A stretch of 64,000 nt of DNA, taken from Octopus sinensis (taxonomy: Eukaryota). The notes below the pieces were generated by a model, which ran no database searches, had not been told where the DNA came from, and was given only the letters and a program-made list of their open reading frames with translations. Position numbers and translations under genes: made by a program. This document shows, piece after piece, positions 14,447 through 28,580 of the stretch (positions are counted from its first letter, which is position 1; each line of letters starts with the position of its first letter). The stretch lies in assembly GCF_006345805.1 (NCBI RefSeq), contig NC_043012.1:52204001-52268000 (forward strand), given 5' to 3'.

Positions 14447-14650
14447 CTGGTAGAGTCGCTAGCAAGCCGGGTAAAATGCTTAACTGCATTTCGTCCGCCT
14501 TTACGTTCTGAATTCAATTTCTGCCGAGGTCGACATTGCCTTTCATCATTTTGGGGTAGATAAAATAAATACCAGTTGAAAACTGGGGTCCATCTGATTG
14601 ACTTATCCCTTCCCTCGAAACAACTGGACGTGTACCAAAATTTGAGATCA
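14447..14650 (+). mobile_element. SINE family A (tail type 3)
   Basis: CCGAGGTCGACATTGCCTTTCATCATTTTGGGGTAGATAAAAT domain; tail GTGTACCAAAATTTGAGA. Confidence 0.8.
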
Positions 14651-14657
14651 GTTGAAG

Positions 14658-14689
<32 letters not shown>

Positions 14690-15271
14690 TTCAGTCTTGA
14701 GATCCGGTCAGGTATGTCTCTGCATTACTTCCTCACACAAAGACACTTACATGAATTATTATTGTTTACTATCTACCTATTCTGATTATCTTTATTTCTC
14801 GATCGATATAAATGGACGGTTAGTGAATTTCGTTTAATTATCATTATCGACTTTCAGAGCGACAAATCAATCAGGACATGACCGTCTTTTTGCGAGTCAC
14901 ATAACAACAATACTCGCTCTGTGAATTATCATGTCCCACTGCATGAACAATCTATCATAAAACTTTACTGGTCCATCTTTGTACCATTTTAGAGTGACGA
15001 AATAGGAGAGTCAACAAAAATTATTTTGCTGTATTTGATTTGGATCTGTGCCATTCTTAGACACTCTTCAAGTATTAACGATATAACGAGCCAGTCTTTA
15101 TTCATCCCTAAATTTTTCTTGATATGAAAACTTTCACCCCTCAATTTGTTCGTCGATCTCACAATTATGCAAGACCCTTGTTTACCATGCAATATGTTCT
15201 ATCTTTCAAGACATTGTGGCTAAAGAGAAATTAACGTAACTAACGTCGATAACATCATCATTATTATTATA

Positions 15272-15836
15272 TTGGGTTGTCCGGAAAGTTCGTGCCGAAT
15301 TATAGTAGCTTATATTCCGACTTATTTTAGAACATGGTTGAGTCCATAAAATAGGATATGACTACACTTCCATTTAGAGCACAGTGTAAGCTATCTTTTC
15401 GTGGAAGAAGGCTTATGTTCCTATAACCTGTGTTAATTCTGTAACCTTTTAAAATGGAAGATAAAAGAGTTCATTTTCGGCACTTGATGCTTTGGGAACC
15501 AGAGAAAAATTGCTGCAGCTCGGCTGGGATGTGTTATCCCATCTCTATATTCACCAGATATTGCTCCTTTGGATTTCCACTTATTCAGATCTCTTCCGAA
15601 TATTTTTAATGGTAAAAATTTCAATTCCTTGGATGATGTAAAAAGATATCTTGATGAATTCTTTGCCACGAAACGACCTCAGTTCTGGGAAGAAGCTATT
15701 TTCAAATTAAAGGAAAGATGGAGATGCATTGTGCAACAAAATGGTTCATATTTGGTTGATTAAAAATGTAATGGCAAGTATTTATTGACCTTTTCCTTTC
15801 CCTTAAAAATCGGCACGAACTTTCCGGACAACCCAA
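15272..15836 (+). mobile_element. Internally deleted mariner DNA transposon
   Basis: TIRs TTGGGTTGTCCGGAAAGTTCGTGCCGA / TCGGCACGAACTTTCCGGACAACCCAA with TA on both sides. The N-terminus MEDKRVHFRHLMLW is joined directly to C-terminal ...LGWDVL..YSPDIAPLDFHLFRSL...KLKERWRCIVQQNGSY (YSPDLAPSD motif). Confidence 0.95.
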
Positions 15837-18316
15837 TAGTTTTAGCTGTTGTTAGTGTTCTTCAGTAGCTGAAAGTGTTTGTGTCTTTTATTCCTCCCTG
15901 AGGACAACATATTATTTGTTAATTTTATTATTTTATCGTATTATTAAGCCAACCAAGGTTATAATGGTCTGTTCGAGTGTTTTTGTTCCTCGTCTATCAG
16001 GGAAAAGTTTTGAAAGGAGAAGCATATTTTAAATCAGATATTGTTTTGAAAATGGCTTCTACACTTCCATCTTTGCTTTCACACCACAAACAGGAAATTT
16101 GAACGTAATTTTAAATGTGAAACTCTTTACATTCAGAACCTCCTACATACAATACCACAGCCGTAGTAATAACAACCAACAGTAACAGAAACACTAGTCC
16201 TAATAACAGCAATAACAGTACCACCAACAACAACAGCGTCATTAACAACTACACAGCAGTTATAACAATAGCAGTAACAGAGGAGTTATATCTGAGTAGC
16301 ATCCTAAACAAAATCAGTAGCGGGAATGAATGATTCATTGTCACTGCATCAATTCCCCTTCGACAAACGCACATCGGCATTTTGAAGATTCACATGAAAG
16401 GAATATAAGGATCGTGAAGGAAGTATTATCTCCAAGAAATATATTGAAATTGGATGAGTATGGTGAGCATTGTCCGAGTGAGCAGGCCATTTCTGAACAT
16501 ATGCGTATAGATGAGAGTAGGATGATTAGACGATGGCGCTTGCTGTAGAGTTCAAAGATCCAGTGGATAATTCGTGCTTCCCCTGAGTAGCCCTCAGATC
16601 TCTATTTTTATACGCTTTTGTTTTTAGCATATTTCATTGTACCGTCCTGTAATGCCCCCGCAATTTTTGTACTTATCAATTCTTTTGATTTTTTAAAATT
16701 CAAATATTACCATCATATTTGTCATTACTTTTGTTGCTGTCGATGGGTATGATGATGATGATGATGATGACGACTACGACGACGACAACAATGATAACGA
16801 TGATGATGAGTTCCATTAGCGTGGGCCATGTCCATCGTTATAAAATGTTTCATAAATTGATATCAACGAACTACTGCAATAACTTAAACAGACATATGTT
16901 TCCTCTGGATGGATTGCATGTCGGAATTTCAGTATCTCGACTCATTATTTCAGAATTATTCTAACATTGGCGTGGGAAATAAATTTAAAGAAACAGAAAC
17001 AACACATAATCGTGTGGATCCTTATAGCTACAACTAAAGAATGTGTAAAGTAATAACCAGGTATTTAATGATTTAATGATATATGCAGCTTCGTAAAATA
17101 TTAACGTTCTCAGTAACTGTAAAACATACAGAGCTTTTATGTGGCTGAAAACTGCCTCTTCAGATTCACTCGAGTCATAATGCGGTCAATAACGTACAAG
17201 GCTCACTAGGTGCGCCATTCATAGTTCTGAAATAGAATTCTGATATATCTTGAAGTCATTAATGATTAAAATGGATCGATTACATGAAACTGTATTTAAG
17301 CTCTGATTGGGCTGACCTAGTAGTAAAGATTTTCAGGCCTTTACCATCTGTTATTCTATTCTATTTATTTATGCTATATCTCAGTCGGTGTTATCTAGTG
17401 GCTAGTTGTCTCTGATTTAAGACACTATGTTGTGTTTAAAGAGAATTAAGCTGTTGTTTTTAGCAGATTAAGCGACTCCCTAAAAGCCCTTTCGTTAAAG
17501 CATTATCTGGGACTAAAATAAGTACATTCATATTGTGTGGTAGCAGCTACCTCGACAACGACTTGAAAATTTAGAATTACGCAGCATTTACATTAAATAA
17601 GTATATCAAATGATTTGTGAGTGTGTGTGTGTGTTTGTAAATATATATATATATATATATGTATGTATGTGTGTGTGTGTGTGGTGTGTGTGTGTGCACA
17701 TATATAAACACACAAAATACGAATATCTCCATTTTAGAAAGAGCAATATCTTTATTGGGAAGTAGATCCTTATTGTATCATTAGATTAAGAAATCACCGC
17801 ACAGCTGTTAATTTCTACTTAACTGGCAATCTAGGTATCTCAGCAATAACAAGAATTTAATGATTATGTTGTCTGTTACAATTCTATGATTGGCTATATT
17901 GCTAGACTCAATGGTTTCCTAAATAACTTTAAGATTTACCTATTGGCACTTAATTCATTATTAGCGATAGTCGCTGACTTATTAATGTTTTCAGACATTT
18001 TGTCATTGGTTTCACATGAAATATAAAATCCGATATATCAATAAGAAATTGGAATTTTAAGAGAAATCGCCGGCCGACAGATGTTTGCAATAATATATCA
18101 TAAAACAAAGAACTGATTTCTAACTTTAGTTCGGAAACAAACAATAGACTTCGTTTTCAATGTAAATTCAAGAATTTTTTTTGTCTTCGAGTAGATTGGT
18201 TATAAATGCTATCTCGAGGGTAATAGCGACACATGTTATAAGAGATGGTGGTATGATTCAGAGATCAAATTCATTCTGCCGATTTCAGGAACACTCTCTC
18301 TTTCTCTCTCTCACTT

Positions 18317-18347
<31 letters not shown>

Positions 18348-18369
18348 GTATATATATATACATACATAT

Positions 18370-18469
<100 letters not shown>

Positions 18470-19795
18470 AGAGAGCGAGGGGGTTAGAGATAGACGGAAG
18501 GCGAGTGAGAGAAACAGACAGATAAACACACATATATGAGTATGTATACATACTGAGACAGGTAGATAGATAGTTAGATAAATAGATAGTTTTATTTTTA
18601 TATTCGGATAGACACCACGTAGTATACTGTTTTAAGCCACTCCACAGTATACGGCCACATGGTCTGAACAGCAATACGGACGTATAAGCCACTGGATTTA
18701 CTACAAGAATTCCTTTGTGTCTTTTGGGTTAATATCAAAAGATGTGAAACAAGCGATGGAATTCACGAGATTATTTATATATATATATATACAATACAAA
18801 ATGGGACAAGAATGCAAAACATCCGGACAACTGGGTGATACAAAAAGGGACAACAAAACATCCAGATACACGATACAAAAAAAAAAACAAGGACGACACC
18901 AATCTGACCAGCCTCAAGGAAAAACTAAGCTTAGAGCATTAGATTCCTTGGAAAAAAGCACACACACACACACACGCACGCACACACACACACACATATA
19001 TATATATACACACACATATATATATATACATACATATATATATATGTATATATATATATATGCATATATATGTATATATTTATTTATGTATATATATGTA
19101 TATGTGTATATATGTGTATATATATATGTATACATGTATATATATGTATATGTATATATATATGTATGTATATATATTTATATATATATAAAATATAAAT
19201 AATGTGTAAATATATGCATATATATATATACATACATATATATGTACATACCTACATATATATGTATATACACATGCATATACGGGTACAGGATATAAAA
19301 AAAATGTTGAACACAATGAGAAACGAAAACATAAAACAAAAACAGAGAAACGAAACATACAACATATAGAATATTCCCCTTCTTCAGTTGTCCTTGTTTC
19401 ATCTGCTCCACGATCGAAGGCAAGGACAAGACGCGACGCCATTGAAATAGTCCTTCCCGCAAAGCAAATTAAATCAAATTTGGGGGGTGAAATTGGTAAG
19501 AAGAACAGGACAGTGATAGCAAAGCAGTAAAAACAAACGGTGAGGGCTCTTAAGCCGAGACGATAGCAAAAATATTCTGAATGCGAGGACGACGAGCTCA
19601 TGAAGGAGACATTATAAGCACGACCTTTCTTTTCGAAGGTTGTGGGCAGGAAGACAGATTATCTTTCGTCAAGCATCATCGACGAGAGAGTCGAGGAGAA
19701 GGAGTGTAAATTTAAGTCACAGTATATATATATTCATGTAATCCAGTAGTACTTATAAAAAAAGCACCTCAATATATCATTCTACAAGACATTAG

Positions 19796-19945
19796 TTCAC
19801 CTGAGGAGGTAACTTAAATTCTGCATTGATTTGAAAGAATTTTAGCATTTTGCATTAACGCTGACATGTATGTAATTTATTTATTATGAAATATATTAAA
19901 ATAAATTAAACAGATATTTTACGTTACGAAACAATTTGTCATGAC
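19796..19945 (+). ncRNA. Hammerhead-like motif with ~100-nt stem II loop
   Basis: TCAC-CTGAGGA-G-GTAACTTAAA...TTTACGTTAC-GAAACA(att)TGTC-ATGA. The core is canonical, 9 of 10 stem II pairs form, stem III has 3 bp with a GUC triplet, and AATAAA lies downstream. Confidence 0.5.
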
Positions 19946-20719
19946 ACTTGAATTTTCTTATTGGTAAATAAAGTCTCATGGAACCATTTCTCTGCCATTT
20001 ATGACTATATATATATGTATATATATATATTGGACCGAGACAAACAATGTAACTCAAGGACGCCATATTTACTTGTCCCTCTTGAGGCTTGTTTCCTCTT
20101 TGTACACATTTAAAACTGCATTCAATTTGAATTCTCTTCTGTATACCATACTCATTGTATACGGAAGATCAGAAATACAATTGTAACCCCTCCTCAATGT
20201 TACGGAATACTTTATTTATTAATTCTTGTATATCCAGTACATAACTTTGTTTAAGCAGATGACTATTGGTGTCAATGTATTGAGAAATCTTGGCACAAAG
20301 CCAGCAGTTTCAAGAATAGTTGTAGATTAAGTATTATTTATACTTTAGATGAAAACTCAGAACTCAGTTAGCCACTGAAAATAAAATAATAGGTATTAAC
20401 AATCAAGCTGTTATAGAAAATATGCTATATCTAGACGTGTCTGCTGGAAATTGAATAACCTAACACAGCAAGTCTATGAAAGCAAGAAAAGGTTCATATT
20501 TCCAACTAACCACATATTTTCTGTGTATTTGAACGAATTAGCATTTTATTGGTACTTATTATATCTAGACTGACAGAAGGAACAGTTAAGCTGATATCAA
20601 CGAAATTTTAATACAAAATGTTAACATATGTAACCAAATTCAGCAAAGCCTTTTTTCCCTGGCATAATCTCAGATTTCGCCTCTCTAGACTATATTTGCC
20701 TAACAAGTTACTGGGAAGA

Positions 20720-20872
20720 GGCTGTTTGTTTACATCGACCCTGGTGCTCAACAAGTATTTATTTTACCGTCCCCGAAAGTATGAAAGGAATTGTTGACCT
20801 TTGCGGAAATTGAACTCGTCACCTGCGGACGTGCAAATTGCCGCTAAACATTTCATCGTGCTGCCGATCCTG
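20720..20872 (-). mobile_element. SINE family A, degenerate
   Basis: ACATCGACCCTGGTG...CCCCGAAAGTATGAAAGG matches the reverse of the family A central domain. Confidence 0.6.
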
Positions 20873-20915
20873 TGTACAATTATTAGGGTATTAGTAGTAG
20901 GGTTATTATTATTAT

Positions 20916-20965
<50 letters not shown>

Positions 20966-21002
20966 ACATTATCATTATCATCATCATCATTATTATTATT
21001 AT

Positions 21003-21558
21003 TGAGTGAGAGAGCAGTTCATGCCATCAACGTGACACTGGGGTAAAATATACGAAGCCCAATATACCCATCATGACTACCCATCTGATAAGGGTACACT
21101 AGGCACATGCATCACAACTATATGTGCGCGACATGGTGATCTCATAAAAAGATAAACAGCACATGACCTTGGAGGTGGGGCCCAGTTACAATTTTCTTTA
21201 GGTTGAGTAGCCCATCAAGCTCAAAAGGTCCCTGAATAAGGGTTGTTTAAGGATGTTGAAAGAACCACCCATGTTTCCAGAGGTGAATTATTCAAACCCC
21301 AAAGAATCCCTCTCAACACATGGCTATGATGCTCCCCCACTACTTCTGCTCGTGATCGGAGATGCAGATATCGTCAACCACTAAGGGACATGCTCAACTC
21401 GTTAAAGTCAAACAACTGACAAGCAAATCTGTGGTATTGAGCAGAATATTTGGTGTAGCCCATCTTTTATACCAAGACAAAACAATGTACATGATAACAC
21501 TTCCAATCAGTTAAGATCAGAAGCCATGAGAGCCACTGCCTGGTACTCCATCAGGGTA
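21003..21558. mobile_element. Unclassified ~556-bp interspersed repeat (family E), copy 1, embedded in (TTA)n
   Basis: Near-identical end to end with 62741-63296. No ORF, no Pol III boxes and no TIRs seen. Confidence 0.85.
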
Positions 21559-21576
21559 TTGCCACTGCCTGGTACT

Positions 21577-21930
<354 letters not shown>

Positions 21931-21942
21931 CTAATATATGCA

Positions 21943-22120
21943 TAAGGCCTGAAATTTCGTAGTGAGATCAAGTCGATACCATCGATGCAATACTAAACTG
22001 GTACTAATATTATTGATGGAAGGCAAAGCTGACCTCGGCAGGATTTGAACGGAAAACATAAAGAGCCTGAAGATTTGATGCAAAATATTTTTTTTGTAAA
22101 TGCTATAACTGTTCCGCCAA
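21943..22120 (-). mobile_element. SINE family A, degenerate
   Basis: AAGGCCTGAAATTT tail and GAAGGCAAAGCTGACCTCGGCAGGATTTGAAC. Confidence 0.6.
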
Positions 22121-23794
22121 TTTACATATTTACGGCAGTGCTCTCCGCGTGTGTATGGCAGTGTCTTTTGAGGGACGGAGAATTGTGTTCGTATGTTAAA
22201 TATGTTGTTAATGGTTATACGCTTCATTGTTACTTCCGGTATTTCTTTCGAATACTTATTGTATATAATATACAGTTTAAGAGTTAAATGTGACTTTGTT
22301 CATTCCGATCTGATATGGCGATAGACTAACGCACATCAACAATATAACAGCAACGTGAAAACTGCATCGCTGTTTCTGCTAGTACAAACAACCACACCGG
22401 TGCTACAACCGATACAACACTTTGAGAAAAGCCCTATATCACCCCAAACTCCACTATACAAACCATCTTCCATTAATTAATGCATCACCGCCACGAAAAT
22501 AATACAATGGCGACTCCTACAATTATTACAATACAATTCTTTAACCGAAACCTAATTTCCTTGCCATCTTTGCCGTTGCTACTACTGTTACTGCTACTGC
22601 TGCAACAAAACAGCTATGACAACAACTAGCGCCATTTATTTATCTATTTATTAAATTTATTGTATTTTTTCTCGGTCCTTTATTTTTGAAAAAAAAAATC
22701 AGAATATATTTTTCATCATCAAATAACAAACATTCTTTACACAACTAAATCAGGATGGAAAATTTTTAAAAGATTGTTAAGATGAAAGTCATTTTGGCAT
22801 TGTTTTTCGCCTAGCACCGTCCGTCTAGCGAACCATTTACATTCCGTTTCTAAGTACTGGCTATTTGCAAGCCAATTGTATTCACAGAACAACAGTGGAT
22901 TCCTATAATTGAACTTATAATTGAACAATAGCCTTTTTTTTTTCTCAACGGCAGTTTATGGCGATGTCATAAGGATGCGGACAAAACCCGAACAAAACAA
23001 AACACTAACATACAAATACACACGCGCATACAAAACAGAACACGTGCAAAAATAAATGTGTATCTGTGTATGCATACGAGTATATTTACATATGTATATA
23101 AATATGTATAAATATATATATATATATATATATTTGTATATAAATATGTATGTATCTATACACACATATATATATACACATATGCATATATATATATACA
23201 TGCATATATGTATATATATTTATATATATATTCATATATATATGTGTATGTGTATATGTATATTTATGTTTATGTAGTTACGTGCATACATATGCATCTG
23301 TGCTCACATACATACATAGGTATACATATGCACGCATGCTTACACACGCACTTATCGTATACACATCGTGAACTAAGAGTACAGGCAGCTGCACATAACG
23401 ACGCACATCAACAGATTCAGTCACACATAGTGAGATATATACATCACATATACAAACAGATTTTTACAAAACATTGTTTGGAAAACAATAAAACAAGGCT
23501 TCCTTGATAAAAAGAAAGAAAAATAAAAAAATAAATAATTACAAACAACAAAGATATAAAAGAACAGCGAGAATGCCAATAATACAAGACTTACAGTTTC
23601 TGATAAACATTAACTAAAGAAGAAGGAAAAATAATAATGTATTTTTACAAATATTCTTTTCAACAAATCAGGAAGTTTATAAGTTTTAATATTGATGTGT
23701 TGTATATATTAGAAAGAAAAGAAAATGTAGGCAAGCGAGAAAGAAACAAAAAAAAAGGTTAAGAAGAGATTCAGTGGTCGACAGATAGACAGAC

Positions 23795-23804
23795 TGATAG
23801 ATAA

Positions 23805-23883
<79 letters not shown>

Positions 23884-23955
23884 TATAGATAGATAGATAG
23901 ATGGATAGATAGATAGACATAGAGAGATAGATAGAGAGATAGATATATGGATGGA

Positions 23956-24025
<70 letters not shown>

Positions 24026-24096
24026 CATAGATAGATAGATACATAGATACATTGATAGATACATAGCTACATAGATAGTGAGGTAGATGATAGATA

Positions 24097-24150
<54 letters not shown>

Positions 24151-24226
24151 GGATAGATAGATAGATACATACATACATACATACATACATAGATACATAG
24201 ATAGATAGGTAGATGATAGATAGATG

Positions 24227-24258
<32 letters not shown>

Positions 24259-24301
24259 CATAGATGGATAGATAGATATATTGATAGGTAGATGATAGAT
24301 A

Positions 24302-24385
<84 letters not shown>
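23795..24385. repeat. (GATA)n tetranucleotide array
   Basis: Direct reading. Others at 41230-41340, 44922-44981, 46209-46388 and 51047-51403. Confidence 0.97.
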
Positions 24386-24774
24386 AGCTAGAGAGAGAGA
24401 AAGAGAGAGAGAGAGGGGGATAGAGAGATCAAGGGATACATATTACAGAGAGATAGAAAAAGAAACAGAGTCAAGCAAATGAAAAGTAAAGAAAAGCAGG
24501 GGGATAAATATTAAGAATACGAATGACGTTAATGGCTAAAATAAATGAAGAACGGGAAATTGCATCAAATATAACGACTTGAGCGGCGTTAATAATATTT
24601 ATTCTAATGTTATTGCTACGCTTGATAAGGATTTTATGAACAGCAACGATAATAACAATAAGAACAAACAATTACAGCAGCAACAGCAGCATCACTACCA
24701 GCGGCAGCTCAGCTGATGCAGTAACAACAACAACAATAATAACTAAAAATAAATGTTTGTCAATTACCATGGTG

Positions 24775-24799
24775 ATAGTGACGACGACGACGACTACGG

Positions 24800-24832
<33 letters not shown>

Positions 24833-24980
24833 CGACGGTTAATGATGATAATAAAGAGGTGTCGGGGATTGGAGGAGATAAGGAGAAGCACGGAGACGCT
24901 GGAGACGGAGAGAAAATAATAATAGAAATTACTATGATTACCATCATTATTATAATCATTGTACTTATTATTATTATCAT

Positions 24981-25039
<59 letters not shown>

Positions 25040-25045
25040 ATAGCT

Positions 25046-25118
<73 letters not shown>
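24775..25118. repeat. Compound (GAC)n/(GAT)n/(AGT)n microsatellite
   Basis: Direct reading. Confidence 0.93.
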
Positions 25119-25119
<1 letters not shown>

Positions 25120-25299
25120 TTTCCAATTAAGTTACATGCACATTATATGACCTGCGAGACCAAGGCTCTCTATATAGATCAAGATTTAACTAAATTATAT
25201 TCTTGTACTTATAACGTAGGTGATATTTGTGAAAAAGGCCATGAACGTTACTTAACCTAATTTCCCGTATTGGTCTTCTATCTACTTTAAAATATATTA

Positions 25300-25745
25300 C
25301 CAATGATGTTGCAGAAGAAGAGACGAGTAGCATCCATACCGAGAAATTTTACCCTCTATAGATACCACAGAGTCAAACCGAACTTGCATAAAGTCACTCG
25401 CAAACATGCTCCAATCCCAGGCACACAGGCCACTTCTTCTGCGTCTGTTTCTTCAAAGGATGCTTTTAGGGCATCTACTCCACAGTCGGGATTGTTTCCT
25501 GCGCCCGTGAGCCTTCCCGATTCATATGTCCCTCCTCTTTTCATTAGTGTTCTTGTGCCGAATTCATCAAGCACTGCACTTATCACTACGAGCAGTCATT
25601 CCTTCATTCGCAGAACATCGGGTCGCGAGTACTCCACCACTGATTTTATCTTTCCTGCAGTTCTTGATTTACAAATGTTCAAAAGGAAAATTAATGGCAT
25701 AAATATCACCGGTCCAGGAGGGCTCTGCAAAAGCCATGGTTATCA
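25300..25745 (+). mobile_element. Highly decayed 3' end of a LINE (CR1/L2/Jockey-group RT C-terminus)
   Basis: Translation SFIRRTS...FIFPAVLDLQMFKRKIN resembles the terminal SF.PRT..WN.LP..VFP...DLQ.FK..VN motif of these LINEs. Confidence 0.45.
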
Positions 25746-26478
25746 CAGACCCAGTAAGTATATAAGAAATCACACAGTGACTCCTGCATTCAATCCGTTA
25801 CGTACAGCAGTACAAGCTCGCTCGCCTTTCTATTCTATAGTCTTAAAAGACGACAGAAACATTTTATAAGCATATCATTTGTTGAAAACAGCTTTCGAGT
25901 AAAAAGGATGTATTGTCATCATTTCAACTGCAGAGAGCATGATATTTAGTTGGAGAAAGTCGCAAGTAATCTCATCTAGTTGTCATTTGCAGAGATTCAG
26001 CATAAAGCTAAGTTCTTCAGTAAGTGTAGTATGAAAGATTAACCTATATTTCTTGCAATACACGCACACAGCAACTTACAAATAAATAATTATTTTTCAT
26101 TATGCACGTGAGCTAATGATGAAGGCGCAGGGATCGGGCAGTTTGTTGTGTATTTGAATAAAACATTTCCTTTCATATTGCTTTAGCGCTGTGTGGAGAC
26201 AGGGATGCCACGGAATAGACCCAACGCTTCCTTTGAGTGTCCTAAAGAACAAATAAAATAGTTTGAGGTAGGATTACTCAAAACAGACCCTTGGGTTGGG
26301 GGCATGTTCCCTGAGTGATGCAAAGGCATCATCCGCCGGGAGTAGTAGGGATTATCAACAAATGATAGGTGCAGGGATACGCTGTTACAGCGCATGGCTC
26401 CATACTACTGCTTTTCTCCGCCTTCTCCCCCTCCTCCTCCTCCTCCTCCTACTACTACTACTACTACTACTACTACTG

Positions 26479-26520
<42 letters not shown>

Positions 26521-26544
26521 ATACTACTAGAGTTTGATTTTACA

Positions 26545-26740
26545 GAAAACAAAATTATACAAAAAACAAAAGACGAAGACGGGTAAGGGAACAACAGACA
26601 GGTGTATTAGTCTGACGTTCGGCAGGAATAGAAAAGTCTTTGACGTTTCGAACCTGCGCTCTTCAACAGATAGAGATGAGAGGAAGAACGAGAAAACGGA
26701 GAAAGCGGAGACTAAAAAATGTATAAGGATTAACGGTTTT
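26545..26740 (-). mobile_element. Second copy of the hammerhead-bearing non-autonomous repeat
   Basis: Homologous to 12845-13110; flanked on both sides by (ACT)n arrays. Confidence 0.6.
26636..26675 (-). ncRNA. Variant hammerhead motif
   Basis: Minus strand reads TCTAT-CTGTTGA-A-GAGC(GCAG)GTTC-GAAAC-GTC-AAAGA. It has stem II, a palindromic ACGT stem III, a GUC triplet and 4/5 stem I pairs, with A6 replaced by U. Confidence 0.55.
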
Positions 26741-26743
26741 ACT

Positions 26744-26786
<43 letters not shown>

Positions 26787-26789
26787 ATG

Positions 26790-26821
<32 letters not shown>

Positions 26822-27031
26822 GATAATAATAATAATAATAAGAAGAAGAAGAAGAGAAGAAGAAGAAGAAGAATGCTAACCCGACTACTATCACTGCTGC
26901 TGCTACTACTACTACTACTATTACTACTACTACTTCTACTACTACTACTACTACTACTACAACTATTACTAACCCTACTACTGCTGATAATAATATTCTC
27001 CTACTATTACTACAATTATTACTACTACTAT

Positions 27032-27074
<43 letters not shown>

Positions 27075-27095
27075 GCTACTACTACTACTACCACT
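26741..27095. repeat. Compound (ACT)n/(AAT)n/(AAG)n microsatellite
   Basis: Direct reading. Confidence 0.93.
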
Positions 27096-27372
27096 GCTAT
27101 ATGCACATACAGTTACGCTTCAAATGTGTACCTCTGTATGCATGCTATATAATACTACGTTTCACCTTAGTAATTTATACTACGGCATACACTCTACTCT
27201 TACACTATATCAAACTATACCACACGATGATATCAAGTTTAATTTAAATCATTAATATTTATGTTTTTTAATAAAGAACGCGAATACTTCGTTAGACTTC
27301 ATCTTTTTTTAATCATGTCAGTTTTAATCTATAACATGACACCGTTTACTGCTATGTTGCTTAGTTTAGAAG

Positions 27373-27421
<49 letters not shown>

Positions 27422-27456
27422 ATATATATTATATATATATATACATATACATATAC

Positions 27457-27495
<39 letters not shown>

Positions 27496-27526
27496 CATAC
27501 ACACTCATGTATTTATGTATAATTTA

Positions 27527-27735
27527 GTTTCAAATGTTGACACTATGCGAGTAATTTGTGGGGAGGGGGAACTTGATTATGTCACCCCAGGATTCAACAG
27601 GTACTTAATTTGTCAACGCCGAAAGGATGACAGGCTAAGTCGACCGCGGCGGTATTCTAACTGAGAAAGTTAATTCAGTAGAAATGCCGCTAAGCATTTT
27701 GTCCGGCGCGGTAACGATTCTGCCAGCTCGCTGCC
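27527..27735 (-). mobile_element. SINE family A (tail type 3)
   Basis: Reverse head TGCCAGCTCGCTGCC, central GCCGAAAGGATGACAGGC and tail GTTTCAAATGTTGACAC. Confidence 0.75.
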
Positions 27736-28139
27736 ATATGAACGTATAATTTAATAAACTTATATATCAAATATATTATATTCAATATTACATTATGTTA
27801 TATTACATTATGCGCACCGTACATCAAAGGTATATACCTCTTGTTTCTATAAAGAAAAATTTTTAGCACTTGACTCAACCCTTCTTTTCGGATCACAGGG
27901 AGGTCCTGAGTAGTTTTCCAGCGTTAATGTTCACAGAGTAACATACAGAGAGGAGAGAAAAAGAAAGAAAGAAAAAAAGGAAGAAAAGAAGGAAGGCAGG
28001 AAGAACGAAAGAAAGAGCCATATTTGAGAGATGGAGGGAAAATGAATAAGAGAATTGTGGGAAACGAGAAAGGGGGAGAGATTAGTTGACACCAGCTCTC
28101 GGTTTTTTTTTCACAATTATTCAAAGTATGACAGAAATA

Positions 28140-28580
28140 AATATTCTTTTATACTCTAGGTACAAAGCCCGAAATCTTTCGAGCGGGGCAAGGTGGCAGT
28201 CTATTAGATCGACCCTAAAATGCAACTGGTACATAATTTATCGACCCCGAAAAAATGAAAGGCAAAGTCGACCTCGGCAGACTTTGAACTTAGACGTAAA
28301 GACACACGAAATATCGCTACGCATTTCGCCCGGTGTTTTAACGTTTCTTATTTCTTTATTGCCCACAAGTGGCTAAACATAGAGGGGATAAACAATTACA
28401 GACAAAAGGATTAAGTCTATTACATCGACCCCAGTGCGTAACTGGTACTTAATTTATTGACCCTTAAAGAATGAAAGGCAAAGTCGACCTCGGCGGAATT
28501 TGAACTCAGATCGTAAAGACAGACGAAATATCGCCAAGCATTTCGCCCGGAGTGCTAACGTTTCTGCCCGTTCGTTGCTT
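28140..28580 (-). mobile_element. Tandem pair of SINE family A (tail-1 copy 28349-28580 followed by tail-2 copy 28140-28348)
   Basis: Two successive GAAAGGCAAAGTCGACCTCGGC domains with different tails. Confidence 0.85.

Noticed and set aside
18790-18960. Segment with internal repeat GGGACAA..CAAAACATCC.GA
   Set aside because: Likely a repeat fragment, but single in this window and unclassifiable.
20135-20186. 12-bp hairpin followed by GAAATACAATTGTA
   Set aside because: No CUGANGA core and no U16.1 partner; too short for a pre-miRNA.
25303-25869. 188-aa ORF as a host gene
   Set aside because: Its only recognisable part resembles a decayed LINE RT terminus; no splice or domain evidence.
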